From Lentisphaeria bacterium (GTDB taxonomy: Bacteria > Verrucomicrobiota > Lentisphaeria > JABSQK01 > CAJWLW01): a DNA stretch of 36,734 nucleotides. The translations under genes and the position numbers were made by a program. Below, piece after piece: positions 26,780 to 35,182 of the stretch. The stretch spans positions 1-36,734 of the forward strand of contig CAUZRT010000002.1 of the NCBI GenBank assembly GCA_963582235.1, in the 5' to 3' direction. The stretch's first letter is position 1; each line of letters begins with the position of its first letter. A model generated the notes under the pieces. That model ran no database searches and was not told the DNA's origin. It was given only the letters and a program-made list of their open reading frames with translations.

Positions 26780-27201
26780 GGTTTTTCGGGAGTGGTGACC
26801 AGGGCGACTCGTGACGCGTAGCGCCTGGCAATCGACAGGATCCGAACGACGTCGTTGTTGGCAACCGTGCGATCGGCATTCAGCAAAATTACCGGTTTGC
26901 TCATTCGCTGCCCGGTTTTCCGATATGTCACTTCGGCAAGTTTATCCTCGAGCGCCTCCCAGTCCGGGACCGCTTGATCGTTAAAATAGATCTGCCGTTC
27001 CTTCGTAAGGATGATGATCAGCTTATCCGCGGCGGTCAGCGGATCGCCGGGGGTCTCGGGGAAGTCAACGGCGATGCCGGGCTGATTGACCACCATGTTA
27101 CCGAAAATAATAAAAATGAGGATCAGAAACAGCAGATCGACAAGGGCGGGCATGCCGAGGAACCAAGCGTTGCGGGTCCTGAGATTGCCTTTGAATTTCA
27201 C
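26776..27201 (-). CDS. ExbD/TolR-family protein
   Basis: N-terminal TM segment LVDLLFLILIFII and a periplasmic ExbD fold (LIIILTKERQIYFNDQAV...VILLNADRTV.NNDVVRILSIAR). GTG start. Confidence 0.85.
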   Translation of the reverse strand: MKFKGNLRTRNAWFLGMPALVDLLFLILIFIIFGNMVVNQPGIAVDFPETPGDPLTAADKLIIILTKERQIYFNDQAVPDWEALEDKLAEVTYRKTGQRMSKPVILLNADRTVANNDVVRILSIARRYASRVALVTTPEKP

Positions 27202-27206
27202 AACGG

Positions 27207-28034
27207 TCAGACCGTTTCCTTGGCGGCGCGTTCGATGGTCTCTTCCGACTCCCGGGCAACGGACGGCTCAGCGCCGGCCTCTGCAATCTCGTCCGGCCCG
27301 GGCAGCGTTTCGACGTTTGCCGTCGGCGGCAACGGTTCGCTGAATTCGATCTCTTCAGGTTCTGTCGGGACATTGCCGGCAACGGCTATTTCGCGATCAA
27401 CGAGAAAATGGATCATCTCCGCCGCTGCCTTTTCCATGTCGAGAATAATGCTCTTGACGCGATTCGTGAAGTAGTTGTGAAAACCGATGGCTGGAATGGC
27501 CACGGTCAGTCCTGCTGCCGAACTAATCAGTGCGGCCTTTATCGATTCAGCCATTTGCCCGACTTCAACCCATGTGCCTTGCCCTTCAATGGCCTTGAAC
27601 AGATCAATCAGACCGAGCATGGTTCCCAAAAGGCCGAGAAGTATGGTCAGTGTGGCAATGGATGCCAAGGCGTCGATACTCCGCTCCAGGCGCGGAATCT
27701 CTGCCAGGCCGGCATCCTCGACCGCCTCACACATCTTCTTTTCGCCGCGGCGGCTGTTGAGAATCGCCGCCCGAAGGATATGCGCCACGGGGCCGGGATT
27801 TTCCCCGCAAATACTGATGGCTTCCACGGTGTTGGCGTTTTCGCGGCTCAGGCCAGTGGTCACACCACGCATGAAATCCGGCACGTTTATCTGTGCGCGA
27901 TGCAAATGAAAAAGACGCTCGACAATAATGATGGAGGTGATTACACTGAACAGACAGATGATCCAGGTGATCGGTCCGCCGTCTCGCAAAAGATTCAGAA
28001 AAGCGCTGTAAATCTCCATATGGGAATCATCCAA
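27207..28034 (-). CDS. MotA/TolQ/ExbB-family proton channel with acidic C-terminal tail
   Basis: Three TM segments and the conserved LGLLGTMLGLIDLF......ESIKAALISSAAGLTVAIPA. The start is either TTG at 28034 or ATG at 28019. Confidence 0.85.
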   Translation of the reverse strand: MDDSHMEIYSAFLNLLRDGGPITWIICLFSVITSIIIVERLFHLHRAQINVPDFMRGVTTGLSRENANTVEAISICGENPGPVAHILRAAILNSRRGEKKMCEAVEDAGLAEIPRLERSIDALASIATLTILLGLLGTMLGLIDLFKAIEGQGTWVEVGQMAESIKAALISSAAGLTVAIPAIGFHNYFTNRVKSIILDMEKAAAEMIHFLVDREIAVAGNVPTEPEEIEFSEPLPPTANVETLPGPDEIAEAGAEPSVARESEETIERAAKETV

Positions 28035-28369
28035 CCGGTTGCTCTACGGTAGAAGCCGCCGGGACAGATTTCGAACCCATGCGGCACCCGTGAATAATGA
28101 GACACTCGACAACCGCAGAAGGTTGCTTAAGCTGCGAGGAAATATAGTTTCTGTTTGCCCGATTGTAACCGCGTGGTTCCCAAAAATTCGCCCTGTCATC
28201 ACTCGAGCTGGTGTTGCCGGCATCGGCGCCATCACCAGGACTGCTCCCGGGAGGCATTGCGAGCGTCGCCGGAACGAGTTATATTACTGGGTGCAGGCAG
28301 AGAACTTACAGTAATTCGGCAAGACGAGTTTACGGATTACAACTCCGAATCTCTAAGGAAAGTCACGTA

Positions 28370-29073
28370 ATGGCGCAGAGTTCCGATTCCGGGTCTGACG
28401 GAACCGGCCCTCAGGACGGTCAGAATTGGCAAGAGCCCATGTTGAACATGGAGTTTATCTGAATTAACGCGCTCGAAATGTGGATCGGCCGACACATGGT
28501 GACCAACGGCGAGTACCGAGCGTTCAACGCGGATCACGACAGTGGCAGTTACCATCACTTGTCGCTCAATGATGACCGGCAACCGGCAACCGGTATCAGT
28601 TTCGACGCCGCCGTCGCATACTGTGACGAGTTGACGGAACGACACCATCAATCCGGCGTCCTGGCATCAGAGTCTTTCTTTCGGTTGCCGAGCCGTGCAG
28701 AATGGTCGAACTATGCCCGTTGCGGCGACTATCGGACGTTATCCCTGGGGGGCAATGGCCTCCAACGATCGGGAATTATGGTGATGAATCGGCCAAGTCC
28801 CGCTTCCCCGATTGGGACCCGATCAGCGGCTACGATGACGGTTTTCCCGTCGCCTGTCCCGTCGAGGAAAGCGGCGTTAATGACTGGGGCTTATTCGGGG
28901 TCGGCGGCAACGCTTACGAATAGACCTTCGACACCGGCGGCACCGGCTGCGAACTGCGCGGGGGATCGTGGAGCACCAGCCAGCGCGAGTACCTGAAAAT
29001 TGACAATCGCTACCGCCGGGAACCGACCAGTAATCTGATCAATTTCGGTTTTCGAATGGTGCTGCTGCGTTGA
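28370..29073 (+). pseudogene. FGE-sulfatase (SUMF1-like) domain gene with at least five lesions
   Basis: In-frame TGA at 28460-28462. About 35 aa are missing between LNMEFI and WIGRHMVTNGEYRAF. There is an extra T at 28739-28740 and an extra G in the G6 run at 28747-28752; removing them restores RTYPWGQWPPTIGNYGDE. TAG at 28921-28923 sits where the conserved Trp of GGN.YEW is expected. The C-terminal RGGSW...GFRMV is still readable. Confidence 0.8.
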
Positions 29074-29116
29074 TCGTTCGTTATCGCTGCTAAGCAGGCA
29101 TCAGCGATGACACTCA

Positions 29117-30379
29117 TCAGGCCAGGAACGGTAGGCGCTCGAATTCCTGTTTGAGGACGGGCCCGGAATTGATACCGAGCCATTGATCGATGAGCGTTGC
29201 GTAAACCCGGCGAAAGTCCGTGTGAAACGCCAGGTCGCCGCGGTTCAGGCTCGCCAGTGAGGGATGCTTGCCGATGACGCCCGGCTTGACCGGGGCGCCG
29301 AAGATAAACAGCGGTGCCGCCTGCCCGTGATCGGTGCCACCGCTGCCGTTCTCAGCGACTCTGCGCCCGAACTCGGAAAAGGTAAAGGCGACAACCCTGT
29401 CCGCCTGTCCAAGCGCGGCCAGGTCAGTCTGAAACGCGGCGATGCCGTCAGCCAACATCTTCAGCAGGCGTTCGTGCGCACCTCGCTGATTGGCATGCGT
29501 ATCAAAGCCCGTCAGCGATGTATAATACACCTTCGTATCCATACCCCCGGCAATCAATCCCGCTATCAGCTCGAGGCTCCGGGCAAATGGGTTTTGCGGA
29601 TACTCGACGCTGTGCCGGACGCCGCGAACGGCGTCGCGTATCCGATCTGCCGAAAGCTGCGCATTCATAGCTGTACGGCGAAGGAAATCGAGCGGCGATT
29701 CCTCGACGTCGGACGCCGTTGCTGTGGGCCGGCGTGCAGACGACCTCGCATGGAGCCGGGTCATACGGTAGAAGCGTTCCGGATCATTCAAGGCGATGCC
29801 GATCGCGGAGCTGCCCTTCATGGCCGGATTCAAGGTGGCGTCGACGCTGACTCCCAGCGTTGGGCTGCATGGCTTAGGTAGATGCCGGTTGCTGCAGGCA
29901 TGGTCGAACAGGCGTCCGATCCAGCCATCCGTCGAAAAGTCTTCGGCGACGCCGGACTGCCAAATTTCCATGGATCGAAAATGGGAGCGATCCGGATTCG
30001 GATAGCCGATTCCCTGAAGGACGGCCAGCTCGCCATCGTCGTACAGCGCCTTTAACGGCGACAGTGTCGGATGCAGTCCGATCGTGTCGTTCAAACGGAG
30101 AACCTTGTCGGGCGGCACTGCCAGCTTTGGACGGGCCCGATAATAATGATCATCGGTATAGGGGACGACCGTGTTCAAGCCATCGTTACCACCGCTGAGC
30201 TGTATAACAACGAGCACACGCTCGTCGGTGCCGCGGGCCGCGGTGTCCGCAACGGGCGCGGCCAACTCCAGGAACGTGCGACTCAGGAATGTCGGCACGG
30301 TGGCCGTGGCGGCGACCATGGCGAGGCCGGATTTCAGAAACTCCCGCCGCGTGTGAAATCTGATTTGTGGTTTTGCCAT
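29117..30379 (-). CDS. DUF1501-domain protein (sulfatase/alkaline-phosphatase-like) with Tat signal
   Basis: Perfect twin-arginine motif (TRREFLKSGLAMVAATA), and the size and motifs are typical of DUF1501. It is paired with DUF1800 upstream. Confidence 0.8.
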   Translation of the reverse strand: MAKPQIRFHTRREFLKSGLAMVAATATVPTFLSRTFLELAAPVADTAARGTDERVLVVIQLSGGNDGLNTVVPYTDDHYYRARPKLAVPPDKVLRLNDTIGLHPTLSPLKALYDDGELAVLQGIGYPNPDRSHFRSMEIWQSGVAEDFSTDGWIGRLFDHACSNRHLPKPCSPTLGVSVDATLNPAMKGSSAIGIALNDPERFYRMTRLHARSSARRPTATASDVEESPLDFLRRTAMNAQLSADRIRDAVRGVRHSVEYPQNPFARSLELIAGLIAGGMDTKVYYTSLTGFDTHANQRGAHERLLKMLADGIAAFQTDLAALGQADRVVAFTFSEFGRRVAENGSGGTDHGQAAPLFIFGAPVKPGVIGKHPSLASLNRGDLAFHTDFRRVYATLIDQWLGINSGPVLKQEFERLPFLA

Positions 30380-30429
30380 CGTTGTAACCTCTTGATTTTT
30401 TCCGCAGTCTCCTTCGCAAGATAATGAAA

Positions 30430-31902
30430 CTAATGTAGTTGATACTGAGGCAGCAGCATGATGCTTCCGATTGCCTGTCGCAAGGCATTGTGCCGCGATC
30501 CCGTGCGGATGGCTGCTTCCAGCTCACGAACGATCGCGGAGCGCTCCCCCGGCGTCGGTGGCACGACCAGCAGCGCCGCGGCAAGCTGATCCACGATTGC
30601 GCCTGGCGCGCCGTTGTCGTTCACGAGCTTTTGTGGGTCGAAACTGATTGCCAGCGACAAGGGCCCCATCATCCTTCGCATCGCGCGTCTGGCCTGGCGT
30701 TGACGTTTTCTCCGTTCGGGTCCCGTCACCCGGTCGGCGCTTTCCATTCGGGGATCGATTTCCGCCGGTATCTGCCCTTTACTGACAATCTCAACAAACG
30801 TATAGCGTGTCACCAGACGGGAGGTGTCGATCCAGGCGCGGCCCGCGGGCCAGCCCTTCACATTCGGAGGTTGATAGGGAAGTTCCCCCATCATCATCAA
30901 CATACGCAGATAAAATATCGGGGCGGCAACGTCGAGGTCAAGCGTACGGGCGGTGCCGACGACGAGCTGCACGGGGCTCTTGATCATGCCGGCCGTGACC
31001 GCCGGCGAGTAAAAGGCCGGATGCCGGAACATGGCTGTCAGTAACGACCGAATGTCATAGTCCGACCGCCGAAAGGTCGACGCCAGCTCATCGACCACAT
31101 TCGGCGGCAGATGGCTGCCGGCGAAATGCGACCACAGCTTACGTGTCATGAATTCAGCGCAGGCCGGTTGATCGAGAATAATGCGAACAAAATCCTCACC
31201 ATCGAAAACGCCGGTCTGACCCAGGATCGTTTTGACGCCGTTGTCATGTTGAAACCGCTTGAACCGAAACTGGTAGGGAATGACACTGTAGCCGGTCAGG
31301 GCGCGCGCACCTTCTTTGATGTCCTGCTCGCTGTAATTTCCGGGGCCGAGCGAAAACAGCTCCATGAGCTCGCGTGCCAGATTCTCGTTCGGGTTGCCTT
31401 TGCGGTTACGTATGTTGTCCAGGTAGCGAAGCATCGCGGGGTCGCGGATGATCGCCTTCAAGAGTCCGCCGTAGTTTCCCAGGGCGTGGTCGTGAAACAG
31501 CTTGATCTGGCGGTAAATAAGCGGGCCTGCCTTGACTTTTCGCGAACTGGTTGCAAAATGCCCGTGCCAGAAGAAGCTCATTTTCTCATGGAGCATATCC
31601 GCCGGCGTCGGCGCGCTGATCATGAATTCCAACCAGCCGGCGGCCAATTCACCGAGTCGTTGCCGGCTTTCCCGCCTCATGGACTGTCGTTGATCGGGGT
31701 CCATTTCTTTTAGGTCGCGGGGTTTGACGGCCATGGCGTCGGCGAGCCAGGTGGGCGCCGGTAACGGGCGCGTCGGTCCGCCCAGCAGGTCGGCAACGGT
31801 GCCGGGCAGGCCCTTGGCAACGGCGGCATTGATTTCAGCCGGGCGGGCGCCGAAGCCCGCACGGAACAAAAGATGACGCGCGGTTTCCCGATTCCATTCC
31901 AT
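30430..31902 (-). CDS. DUF1800-domain protein
   Basis: ARHLLFRAGFGARP...FWHGHFATS...LDN..N......NENLARELMELFSLG are DUF1800 hallmarks. I prefer the ATG at 31902 over the TTG at 31920. Confidence 0.8.
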   Translation of the reverse strand: MEWNRETARHLLFRAGFGARPAEINAAVAKGLPGTVADLLGGPTRPLPAPTWLADAMAVKPRDLKEMDPDQRQSMRRESRQRLGELAAGWLEFMISAPTPADMLHEKMSFFWHGHFATSSRKVKAGPLIYRQIKLFHDHALGNYGGLLKAIIRDPAMLRYLDNIRNRKGNPNENLARELMELFSLGPGNYSEQDIKEGARALTGYSVIPYQFRFKRFQHDNGVKTILGQTGVFDGEDFVRIILDQPACAEFMTRKLWSHFAGSHLPPNVVDELASTFRRSDYDIRSLLTAMFRHPAFYSPAVTAGMIKSPVQLVVGTARTLDLDVAAPIFYLRMLMMMGELPYQPPNVKGWPAGRAWIDTSRLVTRYTFVEIVSKGQIPAEIDPRMESADRVTGPERRKRQRQARRAMRRMMGPLSLAISFDPQKLVNDNGAPGAIVDQLAAALLVVPPTPGERSAIVRELEAAIRTGSRHNALRQAIGSIMLLPQYQLH

Positions 31903-32072
31903 ATGGGGAGGGCCTCGCAAAACTTGTTTCGGGTTCGAGAGTCTATAAGCTTATACGCAAAGCCGGTGACAATGTTTAGCGGGAATGGGGAATTATTTTA
32001 ATGCGCCGAATTTGATGTCCTATCGGATCTGGAACGGATTATGCATTCAACATTCACAGGAGCATTCCAAAT

Positions 32073-32981
32073 ATGGCGACTGAAATACTGAAAGCTTACG
32101 AAGACATCGACTTTCTCAAGCGCCCGGAACTGCGGCCGCTGCGGTTGCAGGCGGAGCTGTTGAAGGCCCAGATTATACAAGATAACCTCAACGTGCTGTC
32201 GACCGTTGTCGTGTACGGCAGCGCTCGCATCGAAGCGCCCTCTGCAGTTCGCCTCGGCTTGAAGGAAGCCGAAGCGGCACTTCGCCGGAAACCGGATTGC
32301 GCGCACACGAAGCGGAGGTTGAAGCGGGCCCAACGGCTACTCGAGATCAGCCGCTATTACGACGTTGCCCGGGATTTTTCACGGGAGATGAGCCGCATCG
32401 GTCAGCATAACGGTGAGCTCGAGTACGTGATCGTGACCGGCGGCGGACCGGGGCTGATGGAGGCTGCTAATCGCGGGGCCGCCGACATCGACGCCAAATC
32501 AATCGGCTTAAATATTACCTTGCCCCTGGAACAGGAGCCGAACCCTTTCATCAGCCCGGAGCTCAGCTTCACATTTCATTATTTCTCCGTTCGCAAAATG
32601 CACTTCCTGTTGCGGGCCAAAGCGGTTTGCGTCTTTCCCGGGGGCTATGGCACACTCGATGAGCTGTTCGAGACCCTAACCTTGATCCAGACGCAGAAGT
32701 CCCGTACTATTCCCGTCATTTTGTTCGGTCCGGATTACTGGGGACAGATGATCAATTGGCAGCGGTTCGTCGATTTCGGAATGATCGATGAGGAAGATCT
32801 CGAGCTCTTCAGTTATGCCGACACGGCGGACGAGGCCGTTCGGATGATACTCGAACATTACGGTGAGGCCGACGCCGCAGCGACGACGAGCGACGGCGGC
32901 GTACCGAACGGGAAACTCGCCGACAGTCCGTCAGCGAGTGAGACGATCGAGGGAAGCCGGACGCATGTGGATCCGGCCTAG
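32073..32981 (+). CDS. LOG-family (TIGR00730) nucleotide 5'-monophosphate nucleosidase-like protein
   Basis: VVVYGSARI, TGGGPGLMEAANRGA, PGGYGTLDELFE and PVILFG..YW. AGGAG lies upstream of the ATG. Confidence 0.8.
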   Translation: MATEILKAYEDIDFLKRPELRPLRLQAELLKAQIIQDNLNVLSTVVVYGSARIEAPSAVRLGLKEAEAALRRKPDCAHTKRRLKRAQRLLEISRYYDVARDFSREMSRIGQHNGELEYVIVTGGGPGLMEAANRGAADIDAKSIGLNITLPLEQEPNPFISPELSFTFHYFSVRKMHFLLRAKAVCVFPGGYGTLDELFETLTLIQTQKSRTIPVILFGPDYWGQMINWQRFVDFGMIDEEDLELFSYADTADEAVRMILEHYGEADAAATTSDGGVPNGKLADSPSASETIEGSRTHVDPA

Positions 32982-33018
32982 GGTTGCGTTTCGTAAATAG
33001 CGTGGCAAAGCGCCGCCG

Positions 33019-33423
33019 TCAATACTTCAGCGTCAGGACGTTCAGTTTCATCAGGCCGGACTTGCGGCAACGATCGAGCAGCCGCACCAACTCGCGCTGC
33101 TCCGCCTCCTGGCTGACTTTGATGATGACCGTCTGCCCGGGATCAAAGGCCGCGATACTCAGCAACGTTTCCTCGAGGGCGTCCAGCGAGACGTTTTTCG
33201 TTCCCATGAGGAGGTATCGGCCGTATAGAACATGAATCTCGAGCAACTGCAACGGCGGTCGGTTGTCGTTCTTTTCGACGGCCGGCGCGGGGAGGTTGAT
33301 GTTGAGATGCGCCTCCGGTAGTTCGATCTTGATCGTCATGAGGAAATAGGCGAGCAGGAGGAACGTAACATCGATCATCGCCGCCATCGGCACATTGAGT
33401 TCTTCGTCCGATTTCCGTTTCAT
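33019..33423 (-). CDS. ExbD/TolR-family protein
   Basis: VPMAAMIDVTFLLLAYFLMT TM segment followed by an ExbD-like periplasmic domain. Confidence 0.85.
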   Translation of the reverse strand: MKRKSDEELNVPMAAMIDVTFLLLAYFLMTIKIELPEAHLNINLPAPAVEKNDNRPPLQLLEIHVLYGRYLLMGTKNVSLDALEETLLSIAAFDPGQTVIIKVSQEAEQRELVRLLDRCRKSGLMKLNVLTLKY

Positions 33424-33456
33424 CTATCGTTCGGTCCCTGCAATCGGCAATTGCAA

Positions 33457-33885
33457 TCAGTGTTTTCCGACGTCCAGCGACGCGACACTGACGCGGTACA
33501 AGCCAGCCCGGCCGATGGCCTGCATCACTTTGTCGACTTCACGATACTTGGTCTTTCCGGATGCACGAACAATGATCGGGATCTCGTCGCCGAAGCGGTT
33601 CCTTGCATTCTTCAAGAATGCCTCCAGTTCGTTTGTCTTGAAAGACATTCCGGCAATGGAGATCTTCGGCCGCTTGGTACCCAGGCGCCTTTTGATGTTG
33701 ATGGTGATCGCCCCGAGGTCTTTTCCCTGAGGCTTGACGTGATGCGACTGGGCCAGCTTAATCGTCGTATCGACAACATCCTGTTGAATCTCCGAAGTGA
33801 CGACGAAAAAGATTATCAGCAGAAAAACGATATCGATCATCGCCATAATCGGCGTGCGAATGTTTTCGTCTTTGGCAGTTTGCAT
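33457..33885 (-). CDS. ExbD/TolR-family protein
   Basis: TPIMAMIDIVFLLIIFFVVT TM segment followed by an ExbD-like periplasmic domain. Confidence 0.85.
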   Translation of the reverse strand: MQTAKDENIRTPIMAMIDIVFLLIIFFVVTSEIQQDVVDTTIKLAQSHHVKPQGKDLGAITINIKRRLGTKRPKISIAGMSFKTNELEAFLKNARNRFGDEIPIIVRASGKTKYREVDKVMQAIGRAGLYRVSVASLDVGKH

Positions 33886-33961
33886 AAGTTAGTCGGGATT
33901 GCTCGATGACGCTCCACTCTCCCACTCGTAGTTTTCTGTCGCCCTTCCGATCCTCACTCTG

Positions 33962-34786
33962 CTACGCCCCCGCGTCATATTCGACCATGCCCTCGGCCCC
34001 ATATTCGTCCTCGTCGTCTTCGATCTCGGCGTCGCGCAAGATCTTGATGAGATCCAGCACCGTGGCTTCGGATTCGAGCAGGACTTTGGTTGCCAGATTC
34101 TTGAAAATGGTAAAGGCAAGCAACGCCGGCACGGCAATCAGGAGTCCGGCGACGGTTGTCCACAAGGCGCCGGAGATGGCGAGGGCCAGTTGAGCATCGC
34201 GTGTCGGGCCGGCTTCAGCGAGGCTACTGAAGGCCCGCACCATGCCGGTCACCGTGCCGAGGAGCCCAAGCATCGGAGCGATCTGACCGCAAAGGTTGAG
34301 GTAATTGATGCGCTGTAGGATTTTCTCACTCTCGAGGTCCGTCGCGGCGCTGACCGTGTCCTGGACCACATCGAAGCCGTCCGAAATATTATAAAAACCG
34401 GCCTTCAGAATGTTCGACAGGGGGCCGAGATTCTGCTCGCAAATCGCCACCGACGAGCCGAGGTCCCCCTGGTTCAACGATTCACGAACGCCGTCAACCA
34501 CATGATCGGGCAGGATCTTCTCCCGTTTGGTCTGCATGAAACCGTCTACCGCCAGGGCGATTGTCGCGAACGACGCCAGAAATATCAGGGCCCAGATTAC
34601 GAGCCCGACGAAGCCGCTGTCAAAGACAACTTTTACAAAGGTGGGCTTCGGCACTACCGCCTCGACGGGAGCTGCCTGTTCAGCTACCGCGGCCCCTTCC
34701 CCGGCTTCCTGAGCGACGGTGTCGGTAACGGTTACGCCCAAGGCGATGAGCACGACACAGAGGGCAATGCAAATGAGTTTCGACAT
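33962..34786 (-). CDS. MotA/TolQ/ExbB-family proton channel with N-terminal signal peptide and periplasmic extension
   Basis: Signal-like MSKLICIALCVVLIALGVTVTDTVAQ. Conserved GQIAPMLGLLGTVTGMVRAF......ISGALWTTVAGLLIAVPA. Confidence 0.85.
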   Translation of the reverse strand: MSKLICIALCVVLIALGVTVTDTVAQEAGEGAAVAEQAAPVEAVVPKPTFVKVVFDSGFVGLVIWALIFLASFATIALAVDGFMQTKREKILPDHVVDGVRESLNQGDLGSSVAICEQNLGPLSNILKAGFYNISDGFDVVQDTVSAATDLESEKILQRINYLNLCGQIAPMLGLLGTVTGMVRAFSSLAEAGPTRDAQLALAISGALWTTVAGLLIAVPALLAFTIFKNLATKVLLESEATVLDLIKILRDAEIEDDEDEYGAEGMVEYDAGA

Positions 34787-34911
34787 CTATCGAATCCTTT
34801 ATGGATGAGGAGTTGAGGAGCTAAAGTATCGGCGCAGGTGGAATAATGGAGTGATAGTAATACTGATTAACTGTTCAGCTACTCGAAGCATGGGCTCAAC
34901 GCCCTCTCCAT

Positions 34912-35034
34912 AAAACTTAATCGTCCTCGTCCTCGATTGCGCGGCGGGTTCGAGGACGAGGACGAAGGGCGAGGACGATTCGTTTCCCAGTATTGCCAAA
35001 ACTGGCAGCGCCAAAACCTTGCTGAATAGTTACG
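34912..35034 (-). repeat. Composite intergenic element, copy 3 (module 34986-35034; perfect 16-bp (TCGTCC)n hairpin 34921-34965)
   Basis: 34994-35031 (TGCCAAAACTGGCAGCGCCAAAACCTTGCTGAATAGTT) matches 3272-3308 at 32 of 38 columns. TCGTCCTCGTCCTCGA (34921-34936) is perfectly complementary to 34950-34965. On the minus strand the clamp reads GAAAC...GTTTT. Confidence 0.85.
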
Positions 35035-35182
35035 AATAGGGGAATATTGTAATATTGGATCGCATTGCTCCGTCAGCCGACAGGCGATGACTGTAGCCGC
35101 CAGAGGCGGATTCCCGAATCTTCCGTCGGCTAACGGATCGGGATGGCTGAAAAAATGTTACCGTTGGCGTACTGCAATGGCG

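Noticed and set aside
28921-28923. Stop-codon recoding (TAG read as an amino acid) in the FGE-like gene
   Set aside because: TAG is used as a normal terminator by other genes here, for example at 23502-23504 and by the 25919-26779 gene. The expected residue is Trp. The same gene also has a TGA, a deletion and two frameshifts, so decay is the simpler explanation.
31944-31955. 12-nt perfect palindrome TATAAGCTTATA in the DUF1800/LOG divergent spacer as an operator
   Set aside because: It is a single short AT-rich palindrome containing a HindIII site, with no second copy or partner motif. That is too weak to call.
35001-35024. Sigma-54 promoter (TGGCAG ... TTGCT) inside composite-element copy 3
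   Set aside because: The spacing between TGGCAG and TTGC is 10 nt instead of the required ~5 nt. The GG is also not conserved in copy 1 (CTGACT).
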